Assembly: GCA_028826165.1 (NCBI GenBank)
Contig: JAPDFW010000081.1
Span: forward strand, 930,001 to 994,000
Reading direction: 5' to 3'
From: Anaeramoeba ignava BMAN
Lineage: Eukaryota; Protista; Anaeramoebae
Length of the DNA: 64,000 nucleotides
This document shows positions 63,641-64,000 of the stretch, piece after piece (the first letter of the stretch is position 1; each line of letters begins with the position of its first letter). The notes below the pieces were generated by a model. It searched no databases, had not been told where the DNA came from, and saw only the letters and a program-made list of their open reading frames with translations. The translations under genes were made by a program, and so were the position numbers.

Positions 63641-64000
63641 TTAACAACAAGATTTTTTAGGTTTGTCGATTGGATTAGCATCAGGAATATGAAATGAATT
63701 TGGTGTATTTGTTTTCTTTGGCAATTTAGTTGCTATTAATAAATAAAAGAAAAAATAGTTTAATTTTGATATTTATATTTATATTTATATTTATAATTAT
63801 AATTATATTTATATTTATATTTTGATTTATATTTATATTTATATTTATATTTATATTTATATTTATATTTATATTTATATTTATATTTATATTTATATTT
63901 ATATTTATATTTATATTTATATTTATATTTATATTTATATTTATATTTATATTTATATTGAAAATTTACTAAGTTTAAAAAAGATATCATCAACATTATA
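63641..64000 (-). CDS. 3' end of a Rab GTPase (Rab5/22-like), partial
   Basis: [10 protein letters not shown]|[30 protein letters not shown]: post-G5 helix NVxxIF..KLPK and terminal CC prenylation motif. Confidence 0.7.

Noticed and set aside
3408-63996. Many long ORFs of poly-IK, FD, IL, YI, NF or KY in the ORF track
   Set aside because: They are stop-free readings of hexamer satellites in wrong frames, on the opposite strand or in introns; there is no coding evidence.

Overview
Very AT-rich, gene-dense eukaryotic nuclear DNA with about 18 protein-coding genes, mostly GT-AG spliced and often arranged head-to-head. Most large introns are filled with simple AT-rich satellites. The composition, poly-(NQ) tracts, TCATTT initiator-like motifs, an LZTR1-like gene and a nuclear intein suggest an anaerobic metamonad amoeba such as Anaeramoeba (inference only). 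Genes in order: partial FG-GAP/FN3 surface protein, two tandem WD40 paralogues, GRAM protein, PAS-coiled coil-RGS-DUF547 protein, Wee1/Myt1 kinase, MCM9, SNRNP40, WBP2-like, coiled-coil protein, SCAMP, SBDS, CH plus multi-PH-like giant, cytohesin-like Sec7-PH, LZTR1-like kelch-BTB, PNKP-type 3'-phosphatase, NOP58, PH protein and a partial Rab5-like GTPase. The most striking element is a 276-aa intein in the MCM9 Walker A motif, carrying a decayed LAGLIDADG domain, with a spliceosomal intron exactly at the extein/intein junction. A 1557-bp pogo/Fot1-like DNA transposon sits inside the SNRNP40 intron. Scattered +1 frameshifts probably reflect assembly indels. No rRNA, tRNA or CRISPR array was recognised. 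All domain calls come from motif recognition, not database searches.
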